A stretch of DNA of 36,927 nucleotides from Octopus bimaculoides. Lineage: Eukaryota. Below the pieces are notes generated by a model. That model saw only the letters and a list, made by a program, of their open reading frames with translations, was not told the origin of the DNA and ran no database searches. The stretch lies in NCBI RefSeq assembly GCF_001194135.2, contig NC_068981.1, positions 92,139,447 to 92,176,373 on the forward strand, read 5' to 3'. Positions 10,741 through 24,480 of the stretch are shown here, in pieces; position 1 is the stretch's first letter, and the number at the start of each line of letters is the position of its first letter. The position numbers and the translations under genes were made by a program.

Positions 10741-11825
10741 AATAAAATCATAATTAATTGATCCTCTAGTTATTTCACCTTTCAACATTCCATCTTGTGT
10801 GTGTGTGTGTGTATGTGTGTGTGTGTGTATGTGTGTGTGTGTTTGTGTGTGTATATGTATATATATATATANNNNNNNNNNNNNNNNNNNNNNNNNNNNN
10901 NNNNNNNNNNNNNNNNNNNNNNNNNNNNNNNNNNNNNNNNNNNNNNNNNNNNNNNNNNNNNNNNNNNNNNNNNNNNNNNNNNNNNNNNNNNNNNNNNNNN
11001 NNNNNNNNNNNNNNNNNNNNNNNNNNNNNNNNNNNNNNNNNNNNNNNNNNNNNNNNNNNNNNNNNNNNNNNNNNNNNNNNNNNNNNNNNNNNNNNNNNNN
11101 NNNNNNNNNNNNNNNNNNNNNNNNNNNNNNNNNNNNNNNNNNNNNNNNNNNNNNNNNNNNNNNNNNNNNNNNNNNNNNNNNNNNNNNNNNNNNNNNNNNN
11201 NNNNNNNNNNNNNNNNNNNNNNNNNNNNNNNNNNNNNNNNNNNNNNNNNNNNNNNNNNNNNNNNNNNNNNNNNNNNNNNNNNNNNNNNNNNNNNNNNNNN
11301 NNNNNNNNNNNNNNNNNNNNNNNNNNNNNNNNNNNNNNNNNNNNNNNNNNNNNNNNNNNNNNNNNNNNNNNNNNNNNNNNNNNNNNNNNNNNNNNNNNNN
11401 NNNNNNNNNNNNNNNNNNNNNNNNNNNNNNNNNNNNNNNNNNNNNNNNNNNNNNNNNNNNNNNNNNNNNNNNNNNNNNNNNNNNNNNNNNNNNNNNNNNN
11501 NNNNNNNNNNNNNNNNNNNNNNNNNNNNNNNNNNNNNNNNNNNNNNNNNNNNNNNNNNNNNNNNNNNNNNNNNNNNNNNNNNNNNNNNNNNNNNNNNNNN
11601 NNNNNNNNNNNNNNNNNNNNNNNNNNNNNNNNNNNNNNNNNNNNNNNNNNNNNNNNNNNNNNNNNNNNNNNNNNNNNNNNNNNNNNNNNNNNNNNNNNNN
11701 NNNNNNNNNNNNNNNNNNNNNNNNNNNNNNNNNNNNNNNNNNNNNNNNNNNNNNNNNNNNNNNNNNNNNNNNNNNNNNNNNNNNNNNNNNNNNNNNNNNN
11801 NNNNNNNNNNNNNNNNNNNNNNNNN

Positions 11826-11857
<32 letters not shown>

Positions 11858-12059
11858 AATTCAAAAAGAGAAGAACAAACACAAAAACAACAACAACGCG
11901 AGGACTTGGTACATGTAAAGTATTATCAGACGTTCTTCTTCAGAAACAAAGGAAAGTCCAATAGGAAGTAAGACGGAGGAAGAAAATCGCCAACGATTGA
12001 CATGTGGTTACATTTTGAAATGTCCGAAAGGGAATGGGTGAAGAAAAAGACACGAGAGT

Positions 12060-12560
12060 GTAAGAGGTTTGTGTGTATATGTGTGCGTCTGCGGGTGTAT
12101 ATGTATGTATGTGTGAGTATGTGTATATGCTGGGTCGTGTGTATATGTGCGTTCCTGTGTGTGTATGCGTGCGTGTGTGTATATGCCCATGTATGTGTAA
12201 TTGTGTGCGTGTATCTATGAGTGTGTGTGCGTTTATGTGCGTGTGTGTATGTGTGTGCGTGTATGGGTGCGTGTGTGTGTATGTGTGTATGAACATGTGT
12301 GCATGTGAGTGTGCGCGTGGGGTTGTGTTTTGTGGAGGTATATGTGCGTTCCTGTCTGCGTGCTTGTGAGTGCGCGCATGTATCCGTGTGTGTGCGTGTG
12401 TGTGCGTGTGTGTGTATTTGTTTTTGTGTGGATGTATGTGTGTGTATGTGCATGTATGTGTGTGGTGTGTGTGGGAGGTTTAGGTTGCGTTCATGTGTGT
12501 TCGCGGGTGCGTGTATTTTTGCGTGCGTGTATATGTACGTGTGTATGTATGTGTGCTTGT
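12060..12560 (-). repeat. Degenerate (TG)n tract (CA-rich on minus strand)
   Basis: Directly visible. It lies 3' of the minus-strand PLE RT. Confidence 0.85.
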
Positions 12561-12839
12561 ATACAGAAACAAAATAAAATATAATATAATATAAATAAGA
12601 TCGATAAATACAGGGGTGAGAAAAAGGGGAAAGGGTACAAGATGTAAAAAAAAAAAAATAACAGATACAAGATAAAGAATAAAATAAAAATTAAAGGGAT
12701 AGATAGAAATTAATACAATTATAAAAATAAATAATGCAGCGGAAAGAAAACGATAAAAATCGACAGTGTAAGTGTGTATAAGAGAGGATAAAATAAGATA
12801 AAATAAAATAAAATAGAAATTTGCACTTTTTAAGGAGTT

Positions 12840-14198
12840 TGTAGAGACAGTCGTTAAGAAGAGGAATTTGTGTTTGTAGGCTGAAAATGTAACGCTTTTC
12901 TAAGCGGAATCGCGAGTGAGTGGATCCGTGGTGCAGGGCGAGGCCAAAGACGGAGATATTAGAGGGTGGAGTGGTTGGCCAAGCGGAAATGACGGGTGAT
13001 AGGGGTGTTCCTGGTCACCGCTGCACAAGCGCCGTCGGTGGAGGAACTGGCAGTAGGGAATGGCTCGTTTGGTGTGGGAGGATAGAAAGAGGAGAAGAGA
13101 TGGGAATCTGTTGGCTTGAAGAAGGCGGAGGTGGTGAGAGAGTGAGAGAGGCCTTCAATGGTAAGAGAGATATCTAGGAAGTTAACCGAAGTGTTAGATA
13201 TGGTAGAGGTAAATTGGAGAGAAGGATGAAAGTTAGAGAGGAAAGAGATGAAGCGGCAGAGTTGTTCGCGGGAGAGAGAGGTTGCGCCTATATAGTCGTC
13301 TATGTAGGGACCGTATAGATCTTGAGTCTGTCCGGAGAAGAGGAAGAATATTTGGGCCTCAATGTCACCAACGAATAGGTGGTTGGTGAAAGTGGGGCCC
13401 ATTCTCGTTCCCATAGCGACCCCAGAATTGTTGGTAGGTGTCCACGGCGAACGTAAAGCAGGTGAAGGTGAGGATGAGCTCGGCCAGACGGAGAATGGTG
13501 GAGGTGCTGGGCGTGAGGTCAGAGCGACGGTCGAGGAAGTATTGGAGGGCTAAGAGACCGTCGGTGTGGAGAATCACCGTTTATAGTGATTTGATGTCCA
13601 AGGTGAAGAGGCGGTGTGAGGGGCCGGGAGGGAAGAAAAGGGAATTGAAAAGGCAAAGGGGGTGATTGGTGTCATGTATATGGGTTGGGAGGGCAGCAAC
13701 TAAAGGGGACAGGATCGAAGTATTTTGAAATGAGTTCTGTGGAGTAAATGCAGGCAGAAACAATGGGGTGGCCAGGGCTGCTGGGTTCATGTATTTTGGG
13801 AAGGAAATAGAAGGTAGAGGTACGGAGTATTCGGGTGATGAGGTTGGTGGAAGTGGGGGGGGGAAGGAAACGAGGTTATGGATGGTGGAGGACATACGCT
13901 GTTGGTAGGAGGAGGTGAGATGGGATTTCAGAGCTGGCAGAGCGTTTCCTACCTGTATAGATCTGCACTCCACACCACCACTGCCGGCTTGATGGCCACC
14001 TTTATCTGCCGGCTTGATGACGATGTCTTTGCGACGACGCAGGTCGCGAAGGGCGATCGATTTAGTCCAGGTGAGGTTGGCCCGGATGGATCTTTTTTTG
14101 AAATTGAATCGGTCCACCAGCGCATTGCAGTCGTGCACAAACAAGTCTAGGTTACTGAACAGGCTTAGAGGCGGCGTCCAGTTGGATGGGCGGCGCCC
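12840..14198 (-). mobile_element. Penelope-like element reverse transcriptase region, frameshifted; 5' part lost in the gap
   Basis: Minus-strand peptides in order: DLRRRKDIVIKPADKGG, AVVVW, FTLDIKSL, MGTRMGP, YIDDYIG, FLSNFHPSLQFT, VNFLDI, FKPTDSH. All are characteristic of PLE RT. Confidence 0.92.
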
Positions 14199-14602
14199 NN
14201 NNNNNNNNNNNNNNNNNNNNNNNNNNNNNNNNNNNNNNNNNNNNNNNNNNNNNNNNNNNNNNNNNNNNNNNNNNNNNNNNNNNNNNNNNNNNNNNNNNNN
14301 NNNNNNNNNNNNNNNNNNNNNNNNNNNNNNNNNNNNNNNNNNNNNNNNNNNNNNNNNNNNNNNNNNNNNNNNNNNNNNNNNNNNNNNNNNNNNNNNNNNN
14401 NNNNNNNNNNNNNNNNNNNNNNNNNNNNNNNNNNNNNNNNNNNNNNNNNNNNNNNNNNNNNNNNNNNNNNNNNNNNNNNNNNNNNNNNNNNNNNNNNNNN
14501 NNNNNNNNNNNNNNNNNNNNNNNNNNNNNNNNNNNNNNNNNNNNNNNNNNNNNNNNNNNNNNNNNNNNNNNNNNNNNNNNNNNNNNNNNNNNNNNNNNNN
14601 NN

Positions 14603-14663
<61 letters not shown>

Positions 14664-15571
14664 GCATACGTTATGTATGTTTGTACTTATAAGCTGTAAA
14701 ATTGATATCTTATTTTGACATACAGTTATGCTTTGTAAAACTTATTGATATTTTCCATGAACCTGATACAACACATTCAAAATTGAATCATTTTCTTGTA
14801 ATATATATAAGAGTGATTAATTACAGAAAATATGGAGAATATTTCTCAATATGTATGTTGCGTATATGAGTGTGGTATGTGTGCGTGTGTTTGTGTGTGT
14901 GTGTCTGTGTGTCTTTGTCTGTGTGTCTTTGTGTCTGTGCGAGTCTGTGTGTGGGTGACTCTGTGTTAGCATTTTCCTTTCAAGAAAACTGCCGAATATA
15001 TTATTTGGGTGGAAAATTTTGGAGTCACATGTAAATTTTGAATTTCAAGAGATCAAATACACCGTACTATATGCGTAAGCATAGATAAAATCAGAAAAAA
15101 TAGATGTAAATATATCTAGAATAGATACATTTATGAATAGCAATGGTTGCAAAAGGTGTTTCCGTAATTTAAATGCACAGAAGATAAAGAATGAAAGAAA
15201 TAATTCCCTTTATTTTGATTTCGAGTTTCTCCTGCACGTTTACCTTTGCTTTTTAATGATGGCAAGATAAGTTTCCTGCAAAAATATAAATTAGTAATTA
15301 CATACAGTCGTAATCAATAGTATGTAAACGACTGGGTTATATTAATATATGTTGTTCTCCGTTTACGCATATTGATTCTTATTGCATCGCAGATATCATC
15401 AAAATATATTACTAAAGAAAGAACGGTAGTTAACGTTTTTTTTATTATTCAGTACATTCATATGGAAGAGAAATTATTTTGAAATGCTCTCCTAAATTCC
15501 GGATAAATAAGGACACTTGCAAAGAATAAAGCTTAAAAAGATCTCCCTCTCTCTCTCACTCATTCAATCTC

Positions 15572-15609
<38 letters not shown>

Positions 15610-16789
15610 NNNNNNNNNNNNNNNNNNNNNNNNNNNNNNNNNNNNNNNNNNNNNNNNNNNNNNNNNNNNNNNNNNNNNNNNNNNNNNNNNNNNNNNNNNN
15701 NNNNNNNNNNNNNNNNNNNNNNNNNNNNNNNNNNNNNNNNNNNNNNNNNNNNNNNNNNNNNNNNNNNNNNNNNNNNNNNNNNNNNNNNNNNNNNNNNNNN
15801 NNNNNNNNNNNNNNNNNNNNNNNNNNNNNNNNNNNNNNNNNNNNNNNNNNNNNNNNNNNNNNNNNNNNNNNNNNNNNNNNNNNNNNNNNNNNNNNNNNNN
15901 NNNNNNNNNNNNNNNNNNNNNNNNNNNNNNNNNNNNNNNNNNNNNNNNNNNNNNNNNNNNNNNNNNNNNNNNNNNNNNNNNNNNNNNNNNNNNNNNNNNN
16001 NNNNNNNNNNNNNNNNNNNNNNNNNNNNNNNNNNNNNNNNNNNNNNNNNNNNNNNNNNNNNNNNNNNNNNNNNNNNNNNNNNNNNNNNNNNNNNNNNTTA
16101 TTCTATTTTTATTTATATTCTTCGAATAGCAATACCACCTAACTTCTAAGATAAGGTCATTATATTTTATTTTATAGCTGTATGAGCCGTTTCAAACAAA
16201 GAAGAACCTTAGAATACGGGAATGGAATGTGGGTAGTAGATAAAGAGGGAGATAAACGGTTCATTTACATAGAAGTAGGAAGGAAGCGTATATAGCATAA
16301 CTAACTTTGCGTGGTCAAATAACAGACGAAATAAAATAAACTGTCAACAGGACGTGAGTAAATTAAAATAAAAGATGAGTGGCCTTCAGTATCAGATAAA
16401 TAGTTAGATAAAGAGATATACAATAAAGATAAAACGGATAAAGAGAAAAGGATGAAGTAATACAAGCGATAATAGTGAAAATATAAATAAAATACTTAGA
16501 AGAAAATTTTAAAAAATCATAAAAAAACATCCTATTAGCGTGAATCTAGAGTATTTTAAGTGCAGTACAGTTGGTGCAGTGTGTGTTCCTTGAGACTCAT
16601 AATATACTAAGTCGGATGCAGTCTATTGCATATACAGCTGGAATAATTATGTCTCTACTTTGATATGTAGATAATTGTTCCTCTGGTTTCGTAATATACA
16701 CGATTTCCATTTTTTTAAAAACCCGACCCAATGATTTACCATTTAATTACCTAATTCATTCGAATAACTTGAACTCTCATGTATATATA

Positions 16790-17654
16790 CAGGGTAGGTG
16801 AAAAGTAAGTAGGCATCAAAAATTGGTAATAAAATCCATATTCCTCATACAAATTTATTGAAACAAATGATACATGTTCTTTATTGCATGGGTAAATGAA
16901 AGTAAATGTTCATATTCTTACGTAAGCACCAGTGGCGTCAGCCAGTTTCTTCAAACGGCCAGGGATGCTACCAACAACCTTCTGAAGGACATCGTCTGGA
17001 ATATCATTGAGAACCTCCTGAATCCGTGTTTTCGAATCCTCCAGTGTGTGAGGTTTTGTCTTGTATACTTCCTCTTTTGTGTAACCCCACAGGTAAAAAT
17101 AACTTGGGGTGAGATCTGGACTTGTGGACTTCTGCAGTCACAGTCTTAGCTTCTGCACGTAATGGGGTTTCTATAGACGAAAATTCAATTCTTTTTACAA
17201 CACTGTACGTACTGTGTGTCTTGTTAGTCCACTTTCACTTTGCTTGTCGTGTTGATTCTTGAGGGCTGGGATTAACCATTTCCCGCACTGTTGCCACATT
17301 CTCTGTTAATCGGGATGTGGTTGGACGGCCACTTCTTCTTGCATCGTTTACAGAACCCGTGGTCATCAGTTTTGCCTGACAACTTTTTATTGTGATGTTG
17401 CACGCTTACCTTTCCATGCAGGCCACCATCTCTGAACCAAAACAAAGGAATTATACACTTCATAACGTGTGCTATCTTACTTCGCTTCTGAACAGTCAAG
17501 CGACCGTCCAACAGGAAAATAAGAAATAAGACAGTAAGAAAATAAAAATTCCCTATTAGTTGTCTGTTCAAAAATGTTTTCATCGTGATGACTTCAGTAA
17601 TACTAAAATTTCTATAAGAGATTTCTAATGCTTAGTTACTTTCCACCCACACTG
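16790..17654 (-). mobile_element. Tc1/mariner (maT/rosa-like) element, internally deleted, both TIRs present
   Basis: Left TIR CAGGGTAGGTGAAAAGTAAGTAGGCATCAAAA follows TA. The right end TTTCTAATGCTTAGTTACTTTCCACCCACACTG is its diverged complement. Minus-strand peptides: KLMTTGSVNDARRSGRPTTSRLTENVATVRE and PQSPDLTPSYFYLWGYTKEEVYKTKPHTLEDSKTRIQE. Confidence 0.9.
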
Positions 17655-18465
17655 TGTGTGTATGTATATATATATGGTGAAAAGATGTTCATATTCACGC
17701 TGGAAGAATAAAGATGAGTTACATTGGGGGTTGAAGATGTTGGATAGAATTCACTAAAATCTTCTTAAAGTATGAAATAATGATACAAATTTAAATATTC
17801 AATAAACGTCACTGTAATAACAAAAGTTCGAATGTTCTATGAATTTGTTAGCAATAATACATGATAGAAAGTTCGATGGGTTTCAAAGCAATAAGGTATA
17901 TTTGCGATTATATATGATGAATTCCTAAAAACTAACAAAGATCAGAGCAGAAAAGATTTTTATGTTACAATATTTCTAATAGTCACAGAAGGAGAATTCT
18001 TGGTAGATTTTGCTGGTGATGACTAACTTTTTAAAGCTAAAGCTCTTTTGTATATTTTTCTTTCCTTCTACTAGCTCCAGTCAGAAGCTGATGCTAAGTT
18101 AGGACATCGGCATTTAGCGTGATTGAGTTTCTTTTCTGAATAGTTTCTAATGTAGTAGAAAGACGGACATTTACTCTTCTTTATTCCTCCGGACGTGGTG
18201 TAGGTTTATTTGGTATCAGACAAACCCACGTTACAGCAGTGTGTCCTTATTCGTGATATTTGCTAAGATGTAATGACCTCCTGTTTGGTTGTTGGTATAA
18301 GTTTTAATTCTTTCTAGTGGGTGTTGCTTCAGTATATATTGTTTTTCTTAGATGCTTCGTATTACTGCGATATATACTTGTATCTGCACCAGTTGACTAG
18401 ATGATGATTCTCTATGGGGAACTCTAAACTCTCTAACTGCAGTTGTGCTTTTAACTACATATTCA

Positions 18466-18488
18466 TCAATCAATCAATCAATCAATCA

Positions 18489-18523
<35 letters not shown>

Positions 18524-18524
18524 A

Positions 18525-18562
<38 letters not shown>

Positions 18563-18575
18563 ATCAATCTAGCTA
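18466..18575. repeat. (ATCA)n/(ATCT)n tetranucleotide microsatellite
   Basis: Directly visible. Confidence 0.95.
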
Positions 18576-18695
18576 TCCATCTTCCTACGATCCCTTTTGA
18601 TCGACCCCCACTTTTCCCCTTCCCCCTCCCAAAAAGAAAAGCTTTACATTGAACTTGTCCCCTCTGTGTAAAGCCCTGTGTGGTTAATAAAAGAA

Positions 18696-18784
18696 ATGTA
18701 TGTATGTATGTATGTATGTATGTTTGTATGCATGTATGTATATGTATGTATGTATGTATGTATCTATCTAACTATCTATCTATA

Positions 18785-18850
<66 letters not shown>
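18696..18850. repeat. (ATGT)n/(ATCT)n compound microsatellite
   Basis: Directly visible. Confidence 0.95.
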
Positions 18851-19125
18851 CAGTTCACATTTACAGAAAACATAAGACGAAAACAGATGAACTCAAATAA
18901 CATCGAAATATTAAAATTCATTGTTCTCGTCCACCTACGGGGCTAGTTGTCTCGCCTCATTTGAGGTAGTCAGTGTTGTTTTTTAACACTTGGTGTCATA
19001 AAGGAACTTCTCCCCTGCATCATTCAGCTGATAAGTGAATAAATAAAACACATATATTAAGTATGTGACATCGGTAATCTTAACATTATTACAGCTGGTT
19101 ATAATTCAAAACTTAATATTCCTAC

Positions 19126-19262
<137 letters not shown>

Positions 19263-21919
19263 ATGATTTACGATGCTGTTATTGAGTACAGCATAGCGTA
19301 TCAGCATCTAGTCTACTCGCACTAAATTGGTGTACTTGCTATTATATTTGACAGTAATCCTGGTTATGGTGCAGAGAGCACATATAGGAATGTATGTATG
19401 TATGTATGTATGTATGTATATATCTTCACTTACATGTCGTTTTTTCGTTGTAGAGATATAATGTTTCCATCTGCCAAACGCTTGATATGAATTATTAGTT
19501 TGCGCATTATGCATATCGTCAGAAATAAAATATACGTTCTCTTAGACCAGTGTTGCTGAAAAATTACTGAAATGTGAATATTTTTTGTTCGACACTTTTT
19601 GCTGATAGCAATTTATTTTACAGGTAATATAATAAGTAAATTTGTATACAGTATTCAAAACTCAGCCTCGTTCTAACTATATTTTTGTAAGAAATTATTT
19701 GTAAGTGCACCGACCAGATAAACGGTTTCCGGCGACGATATTATCAATGTGCATTTAACATCTTACAATATCTTCGCTTAACAGAAGACATTTAATTCAC
19801 TAACATACTGTTATTGTAGAGTTGGCTGATAGTCAACGTTTCTGGTTTCTGTAGTATAATACTTTGTCTTTAGCATGCTTGTTTTTATTTAAAAACACTC
19901 AAATTATAATCTGTATTGATGTGTAAACGTCTCCACACAATTTACAACATTATTATTCCATTATGATTGCTCCGATGTTCTTTCCTCATCAAATATTAAT
20001 AGTAGTGGAAGTACAAGGAAATCGTTGAACAACAAGATACATTGGATCTGATGAAGGTATGATTTGTATTTTTGACATAAGTAAAAAGTACACATAAGTT
20101 CTGCATCGAGATTTCGAAAAACATCAGAGGATAAAACAGCACTTTCTCCAAGTTAGAAACAATAATCTGAGAGAAGAAGCGTCAGCTCCTCTAAATGAAG
20201 AGTTGCAAATTCTAACATGAAACGCTTTGATTCATAACATTCGTTTAAATGGAAGTCGTAATTGTTTTACTCGTTTAAGGAATTTTCATTCTATCTCTCT
20301 ACCTCATCGCATGACTGTTTTTCAGCATGTGCCTATTGAAAATAAATAAAATCGCATTTAGTTTCAATGATTTATTATTGGTTTGCGAAAGAAAATTTGC
20401 ATTCCTTAATCAAAATTGGAATTCTGATTGAACGGTTGTGTATTTCGAAACATCAGTTCATTGTCTTAAGAGTTCATTTGTTAGTACAGATGGCGCCTAC
20501 ATGTAGCCTATTGTAGTAATTTTAGCTGCAACTGCCAATTGTATACTTATATGCAAACGTAAAAACCCACCAAAAGAGATTAAACTTGCAAACAAGGCTA
20601 TTGTTCTTGTTAGTGAAAATGTTCGGAAGCCAACGATGTGGTTCAGCGCAAGTGTTTGCCTTAGGGTGGTCGTCCTTGTGTTTTATTAAAATTAAAATCT
20701 ATGTGTTTATTTGATTCTACTTGCGATCATCTTACAGATAATTTAAAGTAAGATCTACGCGAAGATAATATTCTATTCGTTGTCATTTTCGTAGATTAAC
20801 GGAAATTTTCTGATACTGTCTGTCTACATAATACTTAAAATTTATTAGCGTTATATTCTAAGCACACGGTTAATCACAACTACCGCTGCTTCAAACAAAC
20901 TTTTCAAGTCTTCAATACAACAGATTGCATAATAATTAATGCAAGGAAGGGTGCTATTGATTTTCATTTTGATAACCCAAAAAACTTCAAATGAACTTGC
21001 AGGATGGGAAGATGATGTCATGTATTAAGAAGAAATTGATAGTTTTTAAACAGTTGTGAGGGAAAATTTGGTGTAGAGTTTTCTTGATTACGATAATGTT
21101 ATGAGAGTGATGAAAATTAAAATCAGCATTTGAAAAATTGTACAATTTGTTTTTTTTTATTTCTTAGATGTGGCAGGAGTTATTTAAAAAATGCACGTTA
21201 TATACACAATAGGATTGTACGGCGGTAAAATCGTTGACTGTTGAAATAATTGATTATTTCATATTTTAAGTCGTACATAAATAGAAAACTCTTCCCCGTG
21301 TTGTACAATTTAGTCGAGATAACTCAATACCACCTGATTCTCTGTGCACACTTAGTTTCTCTTTGTTATCCTTCGATCTTGTGCATTTATTGTATTCGTT
21401 GCGTTCCTGCTTTATTGACTAGTAGTATTTTTCTTGTAAGTATTGACACCTTAAGACGACAGCGATCATACAGGAAACGTGCTAAAATCACCATTACATA
21501 CAGGAGACTCCTCATGAAAGGAGTCTCCTGTTTCAATTCTTTCTGTTTTGCCATTGCGTCTAGTTTTTTTATGTGCTTTGGTTGCTCATTGTGGTTATAT
21601 TCTATGCTGCCCATTGACAATTCACTATTTTAGCCCATTCTTACTATTGTAGTCTCACTGCGAAACTCTGTATTCTCCATTTATATCTCTCGATTTTTTC
21701 TCTTTTTCTTCTTCGAAATTGTTTATTTCTTAATCTGCCTTTCTCTTTTACTCTGTTTCCTGCAGATTCTGTAATCTACTTTCCTTACCATTCATTCACT
21801 ATTGTTCCAATACTTTATAATTCTGATATTCTACTGTGTGTTTATCTCATTTCCTTTCAATATGTCTTTTTTAAGGAAAAAACATGGCAGTTACAACCAT
21901 TTTCTTGTTTATGTTTTAT

Positions 21920-21984
<65 letters not shown>

Positions 21985-22025
21985 CGCGCACACACACACA
22001 CATACACACACACGTATATATATAT
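21920..22025. repeat. (CA)n microsatellite
   Basis: Directly visible. Confidence 0.95.
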
Positions 22026-22040
22026 AAATTTTATATTGTG

Positions 22041-22225
22041 TTTTACGTTTCTCAGCCTTTAGACTACCGCTATGCTGGGGGACCATCTTGAAGAAATTTT
22101 AGTCGAATGAATCAACCCCAGTGCTTCTTTATTTAAACCTGGTACTTATTCTATCGGCCTTTTTAGCCGAACCGCTAAGTTACGGGGACATAAATACACC
22201 AACAAAGATTGTCAAGTGTTGGTGT
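22041..22225 (-). mobile_element. SINE 3' half, same family as 48-245, opposite orientation
   Basis: gccgaaccgctaagttacggggacataaatacacc is the reverse complement of the 48-245 block ggtgtgtttacgttcccgtaacttagttcttcggc. Confidence 0.7.
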
Positions 22226-24264
22226 TGGTTTGTATGTGGATATGCATATAGGTATCGATTATCTTTACTCGTTTATGTGTTACAATGCTTTTTGGCTAGT
22301 CATACGCTGGGCTCTTTAACTAATTATAAAATAAGATTTTGCAATATTGTCAGCACTGAAATGTATGTAAATTATTTGAAAATAACTGATATTTATCTAT
22401 TTTTCGGAGAGAAGAAACAAAAGGAGAGAGGAAACAAAACATCAATTGACAGTGACACTTGAAATAAGCGGGAAATAATTTCAAAGAAGTAATAATTTCA
22501 AAGAAAATTTAATGTACTCTGCATCGCGAAAGCATTTCATTTTTATCGCTAGGAAGGAGGAAGGTGACAACCACAATTTATAACGTATTAGCAAGCTTCA
22601 TTAGCAAAGAATATTCATCTTAAGCCTAACAGACGAATAGATACAGATTTTTCATATGCAGAAAATATGTTACAAATGATTTGAGAAAGTAATTATATAT
22701 ATAATGACATAAGCGAAACGATTCAATTAGTCATATTGTATAAGTTGCATTTTGAAAATTGAAGTATGGAATGGTGTACCAAATGAGATGCCTGTTTGAT
22801 CAATCATCATAGAGCGGAGAGTACAGCCTAGGTTCAGAAGAGCCTTCAGTCAAGGATAAATTTATTTCACATATCTGAGCTTAGATTGATAAATCAAAGT
22901 ACGAAGATTGCAATTTCTAAATATTAGACGATATTTAGCTCGGCGCTCGGAAATGCTTGCCACTCTAGCTCCTCGATCGTAATAGAAAATCATATTTCAT
23001 TTTATGGGTAGATATTCGTCGGGTGTGCGTTGATAAATATTTTATCAAACTAACTCCATATATGTGTTATTTTATTGGTTATGATTTCTTAAAGAGAAAA
23101 TGTGATCCAGCACAAAAAATAAATGCATCATACTGAAACGTTTATATTTCACTATTTTAACTTACACGTTGTTGACTCAACCGATGTACTAGTTATAATT
23201 AAACACTCACGAAAAGCCTATCAAACCTAAATTTGATTTCTACGATAAAAGGAAATTCTACAATAGGAGTCACTTAGTGTGACGCTCTACAGTCACTCTG
23301 ACAATAATCCAGTTTCTCGTTTTATTTTGATATTTTCTGGTTTTATTATTATTTTTTGTTTTTTGTATGTTTATAAATGGGCAAGTACATGCTAAGATTT
23401 CCTTGGTGAATGATATTAGTTTATACCTGACATATTTTTCCGGCTCCCAAAAATATAAAATGCTAAAGGATTATATCAATTATATGAACAAAACGCCCGC
23501 ATGTTCCGAAAATTAAACACGTCTAGTAGAAGAAATAGAAAATAAAACATTTTATAGTTTATAGTATCTATATCGCCGTTCGAATTGGTGGATGAAATAG
23601 CATCAGAGAAACAACATATGTTGCAGGTTGTAGATACATGGGCACACAAATGGGAAAAATGGAAAATCAAAATATGAAAACAGTTCGAATAAACACCACG
23701 ACACTTAACAGACTAATAAAATAAAAACAAAATGCTGACTTAAAGCGAGGATTTATGAAAAATGTAAGCGGTGAGTGGGAATAAGGAGAAAAAAACTAAA
23801 GACGAATATGTGCATTATCAGATGAGAAATAACAAACGCACTAAAGGGAAATATTGTCGTGAAACAAAAAAAATGGAAAAAAAACAAGCAGAAAGGATGG
23901 TTAAGTCGTTAGAAATAAAGATGGAAAAGTAGTAAGAAAATGGAAACAAAGGAATGACAAAAAGTGATAGAAAATCGGATAAAGAGGTAAAAATAGGTAT
24001 TCTTACAAGAGGCATTTCACACACTGTAAACAATGTAGAAAAAGCGAATTAAAATTCAAGAATGCTGAATGAGTTCGAAGGAGTAAACATAAAAGATGTA
24101 TAAAGCAATCAGTAAAGACTAAAATAAGACAAAATTCAATACATTTACAACCATATAGATGTATGCGTGTGTAAATCTTATAGCGCGTACATGAGTGTAC
24201 ATGTGTACGTGTGTGTTTTCATCTGTAGCAGTAAGAGGCGCAAATACACTTATGAGATACATGG

Positions 24265-24312
<48 letters not shown>

Positions 24313-24480
24313 GTATATATATGTATGTATGTATGTATGTATATATAATTATATATATATGATGTATGTATATGGTATACATGTTTATACATGTGTGTTT
24401 ATGCTTGTTTATGTGTGTGTGAGTGCGTGCGTGTGCGAGTGTATGTGTGTGTGTGTGTATGTGTGTGTGTTAGTATGTAT
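24265..24480. repeat. (AT)n / (GT)n compound low-complexity tract
   Basis: Directly visible. Confidence 0.9.

Noticed and set aside
17980-18420. Possible decayed LINE (A-rich minus strand)
   Set aside because: No convincing RT or endonuclease motif in any frame I translated.
21167-21230. Serine-protease-like CG...RIV(GG) after a strong acceptor
   Set aside because: IVGG needs a frameshift, no WPW/CGG/HC motifs follow, and no other protease exons are seen.
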